From assembly GCA_902533755.1 (NCBI GenBank), contig CACANC010000002.1:10529-74528 (forward strand): a stretch of 64,000 bases of DNA, in the 5' to 3' direction. A program made the translations under genes and the position numbers. The notes under the pieces are model-generated. The model searched no databases and had not been told where the DNA came from. It saw nothing but the letters and a program-made list of their open reading frames with translations. The DNA comes from an uncultured PS1 clade bacterium (GTDB taxonomy: Bacteria > Pseudomonadota > Alphaproteobacteria > MED-G09). Below, in pieces: positions 27,939 to 37,207 of this stretch (position 1 is its first letter; each line of letters opens with the position of its first letter).

Positions 27939-29117
27939 ATGAGAGCCATGCTAAGAGTAATTTTTACTTCAAGATTTTTCCCAGTTATAATTTTAATATT
28001 TGGTTTATTTATATCTTTTTTAATTTCTTTAACTGAACCAAAACCAAATAAAGGTATTGAAATACCAAAACCCACAGCAGTTTTTTATGATAATCCTCAA
28101 AAAAAAGATGTAACCCTTAAAGTAACAACAAACGGTGAAGTAAGGTCTGTTACTGAAATAAATGTCATACCTCAAGTTAGCGGAAGAATAATCCAGGTTG
28201 CCGATGAATTTATTGACGGTGGAAACATAAAAAAAGGCCAGCCATTAATTTGGATAGATGATCGAGATTATAGACTTGCAACTATTTCAGCAGAGTCAAG
28301 AGTTGCACAGGCAAAGAAATTATTAGAAAGAGAAATTGCTGAAAGTGAGTTGGCGAAAAAAGACTGGGAAGAACTTGGAGAAGGCAAGGCCAGTCCTCTT
28401 ACTCTACGAATACCTCAATTGGAAGAGGCAAGAGCCCTTCTAAATGCTGCGGAAGCTGATTTAGAAAAAGCAAAATTAAATCTTGAAAGAACAGTAATTA
28501 ACTTACCTTTTGATGGACTAATCAAAAAAAAGAATGCTGGAATTGGTCAATATGTTAATGCAGGATCAATCTTGGGGTCAGCCTTTTCAACCGAAAAAGT
28601 TTTGATACCTCTTCCATTGACTGATACTGAATTATCTTATTTAGGATTACCCTTGGGGTATGAGTCAAAAGGTTATTTTGATGGACCAAAAGTTGTTTTT
28701 AAATCTTATATATCAAGAAAAAATATTGAATGGTCAGGTAGAATTACTAGAACATCAGGGTCTATTGATAGCCAAACTAGACTAGTTTATGCATATGCAG
28801 AAGTTTTGAATCCCTATGATGAGGATCCACCTTTAGCAATTGGTACATATGTTGACGCTGAAATAGAAGGAAATTTTATATCTAATGGTTTTATACTTCC
28901 AATTGCTGCTATCAAAAATGATAATGAAATTTATGTTATTGATCAAAATAGTAAATTAAAAATTAAGAAAATTGAAATTGTAGGAACTGAGGAAGATAAA
29001 GTAATTGTAAAAGGTGATATTAGTGAATTAGATATGGTTGTAATATCGACAATTAATACTGGTTATGAAGGAATGGAGCTTACTCCAATGATTTTAGAAT
29101 CCAAAGAGGCATCATAA
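27939..29117 (+). CDS. RND efflux periplasmic adaptor (membrane fusion protein, HlyD family)
   Basis: It has an N-terminal TM anchor, a coiled-coil hairpin (AESRVAQAKKLLEREIAESELAKKDWEEL...AEADLEKAKLNLERT) and barrel domains. I set the start at ATG 27939 after GAGGAG. The track start 27921 is a TTG. Confidence 0.85.
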   Translation: MRAMLRVIFTSRFFPVIILIFGLFISFLISLTEPKPNKGIEIPKPTAVFYDNPQKKDVTLKVTTNGEVRSVTEINVIPQVSGRIIQVADEFIDGGNIKKGQPLIWIDDRDYRLATISAESRVAQAKKLLEREIAESELAKKDWEELGEGKASPLTLRIPQLEEARALLNAAEADLEKAKLNLERTVINLPFDGLIKKKNAGIGQYVNAGSILGSAFSTEKVLIPLPLTDTELSYLGLPLGYESKGYFDGPKVVFKSYISRKNIEWSGRITRTSGSIDSQTRLVYAYAEVLNPYDEDPPLAIGTYVDAEIEGNFISNGFILPIAAIKNDNEIYVIDQNSKLKIKKIEIVGTEEDKVIVKGDISELDMVVISTINTGYEGMELTPMILESKEAS

Positions 29118-29120
29118 GTA

Positions 29121-32100
29121 ATGTATAATATGATTTCATGGTGGGCAAGAAATCCTAAAGCAGCAAATTTACTTATGGCTGCAATAATAATTGTTGGAAT
29201 TGCAACATTTTCTAGAATAGAACAGGAAGTGTTTCCTAAAATTGCTGCTCCAGTGGTCTCTGTTCATTATGTATGGCCAGGAGCTTCACCTAAGGAAGTT
29301 GAAGATCAAATTTTAGTTAGAGTAGAAGAATCTCTCAAAGAAATTAAAGGTATTGAAAAAATTAGAGGGTTTGCTCAGGAAAATTTTGGAGCAATATATG
29401 TCCAAGCATTTCCTGGTACTGATTTAAATTTCTTAATTCAGGAAGTTAAAAGAGAAACAGATGCAGTTGTCTCAATTCCTCAAGATGTAGAGCCCCCAGT
29501 AGTTGATGATGCATCTTTTGAATTTCCAATTATTGCAGTTGCTCTTTCGGGCGATGTTTCAGAAAAAATTCTTACACAAACTGCACGTTCATTACGTGAT
29601 GACCTATCTCTGCAACCAAATGTTGATATTGTTAACATACTTGGAAGTAGAAAAGAGGAAATATCAGTTGAATTATCAGAAACTGCAATGCGTAGATATG
29701 GTTTAAATTTTGATGATGTTGCAAATGCAATAAGAAAAAATTCTATAAATTTGTCTTCTGGAAACATTAAATCACAAACAGGAACCCTCCAACTAACAAC
29801 TCGAAATCTAGGGAATTCATTGGAGGATTTTAATGAAATAATTATCTTACAAACTCCCGATGGAGGTAAGATTAAAGTTTCAGATGTTGCAACAGTCATA
29901 GATGGATTTGAAGACAAAGACGCATTGGATGTATTGATCAATGTTGAGTCAGGAAAGACAACACCTCTTAAAGGTTTATTGGTTATGTCTTCAGAAAATA
30001 TGAATGTAGTTAAGACATCAAAATCTGTAAATGAGTGGATTGCCAGTAAACAAGATTCTTTACCTGAGGGTACTAGCTTGCAATTATGGACTGATAACTC
30101 TGAGCTTTATAAAGGAAGGATGAATCTTATTCTTAGAGCTGCATATGGCGGTCTTATTTTGGTTTTCATAATATTAATGCTTTTCTTAAGAACTGAGGTT
30201 GCTATCTGGTGTTCAATTGGAATTGGAACAGCATTTACAGGTTCTCTAATATTTTTACCCAGTATGGATATCTCCTTAAATGTAATATCTCTTTTTGCTT
30301 TTCTTTTAGTTATTGGAATAATTGTTGATGATGCTGTCATAGTAGGAGAAAATATTCATTTAGAGTATGAAAGAGGAAGAAATGGTACCGATGCAGCAAT
30401 TACAGGAGCTTATTTAGTTGCAAAACCAGTTTTTTTTGCTGTTTTAACTACTATTATTGCATTTCTACCTTGGTTATTTTTAGATAGCTGGCAAGTTCAA
30501 TTTGTTAAAAATATATCTTATATAGTCATATTTGCTTTAGTTTTTTCTTTGATTGAATGTTTTTTTATATTACCAGCTCATCTTTCAAACTTAAAAAATA
30601 AAAAATCAAATTCTAGGTTTTCTAAATTTCAAAAACGTTTTGCAGACGGAATAGTAAATTATGGCAAAAATAATTATATGCCTATTTTAGTTTCAGCATT
30701 AGGTAGGCGCTATACAGTTTTAGCCTGTTTTATTTCTGTATTAATAATTATTATATCACTAACATCTTCGAACTGGATATCAAGAAGCTTCTTTCCAAAT
30801 GTAGAAGATGATGAGCTTACAATACAGATTAACCTTCCATCTGGAACCCCTTTTTCAAGATCATTAGAAATTGGAAAAAAAGTTGAGCAGGCAGGTTTTC
30901 AAACTATTGACTATTATAAAGATAAAGATAATGCAATTAAGGGAATACTTCTTACTCTTAATGAAAACAAGTTAATGGCATATATAAATCTTCACGATCC
31001 TTCTATTAGAGATGCCTCGGCTAAAGAAATTGCTAATATTTATAGAGAATATATTGGGGAAATACCTGATTCAGAAAGTTTTTCGATTGGTACACAAATA
31101 GGTAGAGATCAGTCAGCACCTGATTTAGAATTTAATATTACATCTCCTGACTCAGATACTTTGACATTGGCTTCAGAAGAATTTATGGGAAAATTGCGTT
31201 CATATGATTCTGTATATGATGTAAACACAAGCTTGAATAGCGCGGCTACGGAGCTTCAAATTTCTCTCAAACCTAATGCTGAGAAAATTGGATTAACACT
31301 TGGTGAAATTTCACGACAACTTCGGCAAGCGTATTATGGTGAAGAAGTACAAAGATTACCTCGTGACGGAGAAGATGTCAGAGTAATGGTTCATTATCCT
31401 AAAAAACTTAGAAGATCAGTTGATAGTTTAACAAAATTTAGAATTAGAACACCAGATGGACGAGAGGTCCCTTTTATGTCTGTTGCTAGTGTAACCCAAT
31501 CACCAGGAATTACAAAAATTGAGAGAACGAATAGTAAGAAAAGCTCTACAATAGGCGCATATGCCTTACCCGGACAGAGGTCACAAGTTTTATCTGATTT
31601 TAAAGAGAATTTTTTGCCGATTTGGGAGAAGAAATATAGAGATGTTACCTGGTCTTTTTCTGGAGAAGCAGAAGGTGAGGACCAATTTTTTGCTGAAATT
31701 CGTTTTTTATCATTGGTTGCTTTTTTAGCTATGTTTGCACTTCTATCAATTGCTTTTAAATCTTATTTTCTTCCACTAATAATTTTATCTGCTCTACCCT
31801 TTGGGTTTTGCGGAGCAGTGATTGGACATGTATTTTTTGGAAAAGGTTTGTCAATGATATCTTATTGGGGAATAGGGGCTGCTTGCGGAGTTGTTGTAAA
31901 TGATAATTTAGTATTAGTTGATTATATAAATAGGATAAGACAAAGTGGAAAGCACCTTCTTGAAGCAGTAATTGAAGCTGGCGTTATAAGATTTAGACCT
32001 ATTATTATTACATCAATAACAACCTTTATAAGTTTAATGCCAATAATGTTAGAGCCATCAGTACAAGCAAACTTTCTTAAACCAGCAGTTATATCTCTTA

Positions 32101-32237
32101 CATGCGGAGTTGTTTTATGTGCGCCTGTTACATTAATTTTAGTTCCTTGTTTAATGGTAATCGGAGAAGATATAAAAGAAGTCTTTTCTAGAATTCCTCA
32201 GGCAATAAAAAGACAATTCAATACAAATACTGTTTAA
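29121..32237 (+). CDS. RND efflux permease (AcrB/ACR_tran family)
   Basis: 1038-aa ORF with two large periplasmic loops and two blocks of about 6 TM helices each (e.g. VISLFAFLLVIGIIVDDAVIVGENI). Confidence 0.95.
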   Translation: MYNMISWWARNPKAANLLMAAIIIVGIATFSRIEQEVFPKIAAPVVSVHYVWPGASPKEVEDQILVRVEESLKEIKGIEKIRGFAQENFGAIYVQAFPGTDLNFLIQEVKRETDAVVSIPQDVEPPVVDDASFEFPIIAVALSGDVSEKILTQTARSLRDDLSLQPNVDIVNILGSRKEEISVELSETAMRRYGLNFDDVANAIRKNSINLSSGNIKSQTGTLQLTTRNLGNSLEDFNEIIILQTPDGGKIKVSDVATVIDGFEDKDALDVLINVESGKTTPLKGLLVMSSENMNVVKTSKSVNEWIASKQDSLPEGTSLQLWTDNSELYKGRMNLILRAAYGGLILVFIILMLFLRTEVAIWCSIGIGTAFTGSLIFLPSMDISLNVISLFAFLLVIGIIVDDAVIVGENIHLEYERGRNGTDAAITGAYLVAKPVFFAVLTTIIAFLPWLFLDSWQVQFVKNISYIVIFALVFSLIECFFILPAHLSNLKNKKSNSRFSKFQKRFADGIVNYGKNNYMPILVSALGRRYTVLACFISVLIIIISLTSSNWISRSFFPNVEDDELTIQINLPSGTPFSRSLEIGKKVEQAGFQTIDYYKDKDNAIKGILLTLNENKLMAYINLHDPSIRDASAKEIANIYREYIGEIPDSESFSIGTQIGRDQSAPDLEFNITSPDSDTLTLASEEFMGKLRSYDSVYDVNTSLNSAATELQISLKPNAEKIGLTLGEISRQLRQAYYGEEVQRLPRDGEDVRVMVHYPKKLRRSVDSLTKFRIRTPDGREVPFMSVASVTQSPGITKIERTNSKKSSTIGAYALPGQRSQVLSDFKENFLPIWEKKYRDVTWSFSGEAEGEDQFFAEIRFLSLVAFLAMFALLSIAFKSYFLPLIILSALPFGFCGAVIGHVFFGKGLSMISYWGIGAACGVVVNDNLVLVDYINRIRQSGKHLLEAVIEAGVIRFRPIIITSITTFISLMPIMLEPSVQANFLKPAVISLTCGVVLCAPVTLILVPCLMVIGEDIKEVFSRIPQAIKRQFNTNTV

Positions 32238-32376
32238 TAGAAAAAAAATCATTATTAGATAATTAAATTTATTTAGTAATTTGACAAAACTTACATCTAT
32301 TTGGCATAGTTTCATATTGGGTTTTTAGATTTTGGGGGTATTTTGAATCCGTTAATAAGAAAATATAAATTATCAA

Positions 32377-33621
32377 ATGAATAAAGAAGATTTTAAAAAA
32401 ATAGCCTACCCTGAGACTTATGCCGATGAAAAAGAACTTCATGATATTTTTACTTTTATGAGAAGAGAAGATCCGGTTTCATGGGTTGAACCAGATCAAT
32501 TTAGGCCATTTTGGGCTATCACAAAACATGAAGATATTATTGAGATAGAAAAACAAAATGAATTATTTATAAACGACCCACGTACTACTTTGATGGATAT
32601 TCCAACAGAAGATGCAATTAAAGAATTCACTGGAGGAAGCCACTTGCTTGTAAGATCATTAGTTCATATGGATAATCCTGATCATCAATTATATAGATCA
32701 TTAACGCAAAAATGGTTTGCCCCACCAAATCTAGAGTCTTTAAAAAAAGACATAAGAAATATTGCTAGAGAATATGTAAACAAAATGATTGATCATGGTA
32801 ATGAATGTGATTTTGCAAAAGATGTTGCTATTTTTTACCCTTTAAGAGTTATCATGTCTATTTTAGGAGTCCCTAAAGAAGATGAACCAAGAATGTTACG
32901 TTTAACTCAAGAATTATTTGGCGGACGTGATGAGGATATGATCAGAGATGAAAGTGAAACCTCTTCTGAGTCAAATACAATTACAGATTTCTTTGAATAT
33001 TTTAATGCATTAACTGAGGACAGAAGAAAAAATCCTACAAATGATGTTTCTAGTGTAATAGCGAATGCAAAAATAAATAATGAACAATTAGGTCATCTTG
33101 AGGCTATGTCATATTATGTAATTATTGCCACTGCTGGCCACGATACAACATCTTCTTCTACAGCAGGAGGAATTTTAGCTTTAATAGAAAACCCAGATCA
33201 GTTATCAAAACTAAAGAATAACCCTAGCTTAATGACAAGTGCTGTTGAAGAAACAATACGATGGGTTACTCCAGTTAAAAATTTTTTCAGAACAGCTACC
33301 CAAAATTATGATTTGAAAGATAGAGAAATAAAAAAAGATGACTCAATTTTATTATGTTATCCATCAGGAAATAGAGATGAAGAAATCTTTGATGATCCTT
33401 TTAAATTTAAAGTTGATAGAAGTCCAAATAGGCATTTAGCATTTGGTCATGGAGCGCATTTATGTTTAGGAAAGTATCTTGCAAAAATTGAAATGGAAAT
33501 TTTTTATGAAGAATTATTTAAAAAAATTGAGAATATTAAGTTAAATGGTGAGCCTGAATGGGTTAAGGCAAGCTTTGTTTCAGGTTTAAAATCTCTTCCA
33601 ATAAAATACACTTTGCAATAA
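32377..33621 (+). CDS. Cytochrome P450
   Basis: 414-aa ORF with I-helix AGHDTTSS, ExxR EETIRW, and heme-thiolate loop FGHGAHLCLGKYLA. Confidence 0.95.
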   Translation: MNKEDFKKIAYPETYADEKELHDIFTFMRREDPVSWVEPDQFRPFWAITKHEDIIEIEKQNELFINDPRTTLMDIPTEDAIKEFTGGSHLLVRSLVHMDNPDHQLYRSLTQKWFAPPNLESLKKDIRNIAREYVNKMIDHGNECDFAKDVAIFYPLRVIMSILGVPKEDEPRMLRLTQELFGGRDEDMIRDESETSSESNTITDFFEYFNALTEDRRKNPTNDVSSVIANAKINNEQLGHLEAMSYYVIIATAGHDTTSSSTAGGILALIENPDQLSKLKNNPSLMTSAVEETIRWVTPVKNFFRTATQNYDLKDREIKKDDSILLCYPSGNRDEEIFDDPFKFKVDRSPNRHLAFGHGAHLCLGKYLAKIEMEIFYEELFKKIENIKLNGEPEWVKASFVSGLKSLPIKYTLQ

Positions 33622-33634
33622 AGGAGCAATCATA

Positions 33635-34009
33635 ATGAAAACTTTTCAAGAAATTTTAAAAGAAGCTAATGATAACGTCCCATCCATAGCCCCTGATGAA
33701 GCAAAATCCTTACAAGATAATGGTGCATTAATAATAGATATTAGGGAATTAGAGGAAGTTCAGATCTCTGGCAAAGTAAAAGGTTCTTATAATATTCCAA
33801 GAGGATTACTTGAATTTCAAACAAAACTAGTTAATCCGAATGGTTTAGAAGGTTTTGATACAGAAAACACAATAATATTATATTGCGCATCAGGCGGTAG
33901 AGCAGCCTTAGCAGGAAAAGCATTAAAAGATTTAGGTTTTGAAAAAGTTTTTAATCTAGGTGGTTTAAAGGATTGGTTAGTTGCTGAATTACCTGTTGAA
34001 GAAATATAA
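33635..34009 (+). CDS. Single-domain rhodanese (sulfurtransferase)
   Basis: 124-aa ORF with the active-site loop YCASGGRAA. An AGGAG RBS lies 13 nt after the P450 stop. Confidence 0.85.
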   Translation: MKTFQEILKEANDNVPSIAPDEAKSLQDNGALIIDIRELEEVQISGKVKGSYNIPRGLLEFQTKLVNPNGLEGFDTENTIILYCASGGRAALAGKALKDLGFEKVFNLGGLKDWLVAELPVEEI

Positions 34010-34010
34010 T

Positions 34011-34466
34011 TTAAAATTTCATCATTCCATAATCATCGGCCTCAGAATCAAGGTTAGCCGGATCATGGGTTTTGGCATTTAGCTCTGTATCTAAAAACTC
34101 ATATACTTCAATTATTTTTGAATTTTCAATTTTGAATATCTGACAATAGGTTGTTTCAAAATTTGTACCTTCTGTTGTTTCAGCTTTTCCAGTCATCAAG
34201 CCTACTGCTCTATCTTCGTCAGCACACATTATTTTCCATTTACCTGCAAATTCAACAGTTTCAGGTTTAAAAGATTTCATTACAGATGGAACCAACTCAC
34301 CGTAAACTCTATCTCTTCCTTCCCATCTTCCAGAAAATGGACCAGTTCCAATCATATGAAAAACAACACCTTCACTCATTAAATTAATAACAGTATCGAA
34401 ATCTCCTTGATTGATAGATTTGTAATATGTTTCCATTATTTGTCTATTTGTCGCGGCTTTGTTCAT
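34011..34466 (-). CDS. NTF2-like / SnoaL-like (ketosteroid-isomerase fold) protein
   Basis: 151-aa ORF. The N-terminus ETYYKSINQGDFDTVINLMSEGVVFHMIG and C-terminus FKIENSKIIEVYEF fit the SnoaL/NTF2 pattern. Confidence 0.65.
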   Translation of the reverse strand: MNKAATNRQIMETYYKSINQGDFDTVINLMSEGVVFHMIGTGPFSGRWEGRDRVYGELVPSVMKSFKPETVEFAGKWKIMCADEDRAVGLMTGKAETTEGTNFETTYCQIFKIENSKIIEVYEFLDTELNAKTHDPANLDSEADDYGMMKF

Positions 34467-34550
34467 TTACATACCTTTTATTGTTGTTTAGTTTCTAATT
34501 TATTTCTATAAGACTAATTATATGCAGTCAAAATAATAAGGAGTTATTTA

Positions 34551-35696
34551 ATGAGTATTCCATTTAATTTTCGGTTAACTGACTTTCCTGTTGAAGCAGA
34601 AACTTTGCGTCTTGAAGTTAGAGAATTTCTATCATCCGCATTAGTAGATGTACCTAAGGAGACTAGAGCAGAAACTTGGTACGGAGCTGACGAAGGTTTC
34701 AGTAGAAAAGTTGGTGAAAGAGGGTGGATAGGTTTGAGTTGGCCTACTGAATATGGTGGATCAGGCAGATCAGCTATGGAAAGATATGTTGTGCTCGAAG
34801 AAATGTTAACTGCAGGGGCTCCTGTAGGCGCTCACTGGATAGCTGACCGTCAATCTGGGCCACTTATAATTCGATATGGAACACCTGAACAACAAGAGAA
34901 AATATTACCTGGTATTCTTAGAGGTGAAACATATTTCTGTATTGGAATGTCTGAACCTGATTCTGGCTCAGATCTTGCTGCATTGAGAACTAAGGCAGAA
35001 AAAAAAGGTGATAAATATATTGTAAATGGAACAAAATTGTGGACTTCTGGGGCACAGCGCTGCCAATATATGATAGCTCTTTTTAGGACATCAAAAGAAG
35101 AAGATAGACATGGAGGTTTCAGTCAATTTATTGTTGATTTATCGCTTCCAGGAGTAACAATAAGACCTATTATTGATCTCGCAGGAAGACATCATTTTAA
35201 TGAAGTCGTATTTGAAGATGTAGAGGTTCCAGAAACTATGCTTGTTGGCAAGGAAGGTGATGGATGGAATCAGGTTACTGCAGAATTAGCTTTAGAAAGA
35301 TCTGGTCCTGAGAGGTATTTATCAAGTTATGCCCTGCTACAAGAATTAGTAAAAGAGTTTTCAGAAAGAAATGATTATGAAGGTGTTACAGAAATTGGAA
35401 GACAAATGGCACATCTAACTACTTTAAGACAAATGTCAGTTTCTGTTGCAGGTATGTTAAATGATGGAGAGAATCCAGCATTAGAAGCTTCAGTTGTTAA
35501 AGATCTTGGGGCCGTTTTCGAGCAGGACTTGCCTAATATAGCTCATAGGCTAATGGATTTAGAGCCAGATAATCAAGGTAATGATTTTCAAAAATATCTT
35601 GCCATATTGACTCAGATTTCTCCTTCTTTCTCTCTTAGAGGTGGAACAAGAGAGATTTTAAGGGGAATTATTGCAAGGGGATTAGGTTTAAGATAA
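34551..35696 (+). CDS. Acyl-CoA dehydrogenase, putative alpha subunit of a heteromeric pair
   Basis: 381-aa ORF with motifs GMSEPDSGSDLAA, VNGTKLWTSGA and C-terminal RGGTREILRGIIA. Confidence 0.9.
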   Translation: MSIPFNFRLTDFPVEAETLRLEVREFLSSALVDVPKETRAETWYGADEGFSRKVGERGWIGLSWPTEYGGSGRSAMERYVVLEEMLTAGAPVGAHWIADRQSGPLIIRYGTPEQQEKILPGILRGETYFCIGMSEPDSGSDLAALRTKAEKKGDKYIVNGTKLWTSGAQRCQYMIALFRTSKEEDRHGGFSQFIVDLSLPGVTIRPIIDLAGRHHFNEVVFEDVEVPETMLVGKEGDGWNQVTAELALERSGPERYLSSYALLQELVKEFSERNDYEGVTEIGRQMAHLTTLRQMSVSVAGMLNDGENPALEASVVKDLGAVFEQDLPNIAHRLMDLEPDNQGNDFQKYLAILTQISPSFSLRGGTREILRGIIARGLGLR

Positions 35697-36742
35697 TGAC
35701 TGATGAGACATCTCAATTATTGTCTGATACAGCTGAAAAACTTTTTAGCGATCATGTTACAAAAAACTGCATAATTGAAGCTGAAAAAGGTAAATGGCCT
35801 GATGAATTATGGTCTGAAGTAATTGCTAATGGTTTGAATCTAATATTAGTTCCTGAAGAACTAGGAGGAGTTGGTGGCAACTGGATGAATGCTGGTATTC
35901 TTTTCAAAGCTTCAGGTAGATATCAAGCACCTATTCCTTTGGCAGAAAATATTGTTGCCTCATATGTTTTAAGTCTGGCAGGAATTTCACAACCTGCAGA
36001 TTCAATTTTAACGATACTTAATGGAGCTTTTGTAGCTGAAAAAGATTTATTATCAGGAAGTTCACCAAGAACACCTTTTGCTTCTCACTCAACTCATGGT
36101 GTGGTTTTATATAAAGATGGCAGTGATTTAAAAGTTGGATTAATTGAGATTGATAAAAATAACTTAAAGGATAATAACAATATTGCTTTAGAAAATAGAG
36201 GATATATTGAATTAGACAAAGCTTCACTTATTGAGAGCTCTAAAGTTAGTTGCGACTCAAGTTTAATAAAAAAGTTAGGAGCTCTAATGCGATCAAATCA
36301 GATGGCAGGAGCCCTTGAGTCTATATTGACCCAGTCCGTTAGATATGCAAATGAAAGAATTCAATTTGGTAGGCCAATAGGAAAATTCCAAGCAATACAG
36401 CAAGACCTTGCAGTTTTATCTACACATGTTGCTGCATCATCTGTGGCAGCAGATTTTGCATGTTCTTCGATGGATAAAGGTAATCCAGATTTTGCTATTG
36501 CGGTTGCAAAAAGTAGAATTGATGATGCTATATCAGTCGGTGCTGGCATCGCACATCAGGTGCATGGTGCAATTGGTTTCACTTATGAGCATGGACTTCA
36601 TTTTGCAACAAGAAGATTATGGGCATGGAGAGCGGAGTATGGTTCGGGCAGTGAATGGTCTAAAGTTCTTGGAGAAAAAGCGATTTCCAATGGTGCAGAT
36701 AAATTTTGGCCTTCAATAACACAAGGTGATCTAGATATATGA
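35696..36742 (+). CDS. Acyl-CoA dehydrogenase-family protein, putative beta (divergent) subunit
   Basis: 348-aa ORF whose start overlaps the upstream stop (TAATG). The C-terminal ACAD domain is recognisable (RIQFGRPIGKFQAIQQDLA, QVHGAIGFTYEH). The [ST]EPxxGSD loop found in the other three ACADs of the window is absent. Confidence 0.8.
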   Translation: MTDETSQLLSDTAEKLFSDHVTKNCIIEAEKGKWPDELWSEVIANGLNLILVPEELGGVGGNWMNAGILFKASGRYQAPIPLAENIVASYVLSLAGISQPADSILTILNGAFVAEKDLLSGSSPRTPFASHSTHGVVLYKDGSDLKVGLIEIDKNNLKDNNNIALENRGYIELDKASLIESSKVSCDSSLIKKLGALMRSNQMAGALESILTQSVRYANERIQFGRPIGKFQAIQQDLAVLSTHVAASSVAADFACSSMDKGNPDFAIAVAKSRIDDAISVGAGIAHQVHGAIGFTYEHGLHFATRRLWAWRAEYGSGSEWSKVLGEKAISNGADKFWPSITQGDLDI

Positions 36743-37194
36743 TAAGTAGCTCTATGAATTGGAGGTATTATGAAGATATTGATGTTGGTGAAGAAAGAAA
36801 ATCAAAATCACTAATCATGACAGAAAAAGAAATAATTGATTTTGCTGAAAAATATGATCCTCAATGGTTTCATTCAGATCCAGAAGCATCTAAAGAATCT
36901 AGTTTTAAGGGTTTAATAGCGAGCGGAATTCATGTTGCCGCAATCTGGAGATTACTTGATCATGACGCAAATGGTGACATTAAATTTGTATGTGGAATCG
37001 GTTGGGAAAATGTGAGGTGGCAGAATCCATTAAGACCTGGAGATGAAGTATATGTATGGTCAAAATGTTTGTCGAAGAGCGATACATCATCGAATGAGAG
37101 GGGTGTAGTAATTTTTGATCACGGACTAAAAAGAAAAGACGAGATTGATTTGCTTACTTTTAAAGGGACATGCCTAGTTTATAAAAAAAAATAG
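36739..37194 (+). CDS. MaoC-like hot-dog fold hydratase/dehydratase
   Basis: 151-aa ORF with an ATGA overlap to the upstream ACAD. Motif region: FAEKYDPQWFHSDPEASKESSFKGLIASGIH. Confidence 0.8.
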   Translation: MISSSMNWRYYEDIDVGEERKSKSLIMTEKEIIDFAEKYDPQWFHSDPEASKESSFKGLIASGIHVAAIWRLLDHDANGDIKFVCGIGWENVRWQNPLRPGDEVYVWSKCLSKSDTSSNERGVVIFDHGLKRKDEIDLLTFKGTCLVYKKK

Positions 37195-37207
37195 GTCATC
37201 ATATTTC

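Noticed and set aside
29480-29941. 153-aa minus-strand ORF (also 29503-29706 and 30107-30340) within the RND permease gene
   Set aside because: These are antisense or alternate frames of a 1038-aa gene with clear family motifs. Nothing supports independent coding.
36408-36719. 103-aa alternate-frame ORF (and 36018-36227, 36361-36549) in the second ACAD gene
   Set aside because: It overlaps the conserved ACAD C-terminal domain in another frame, and its composition is not protein-like.
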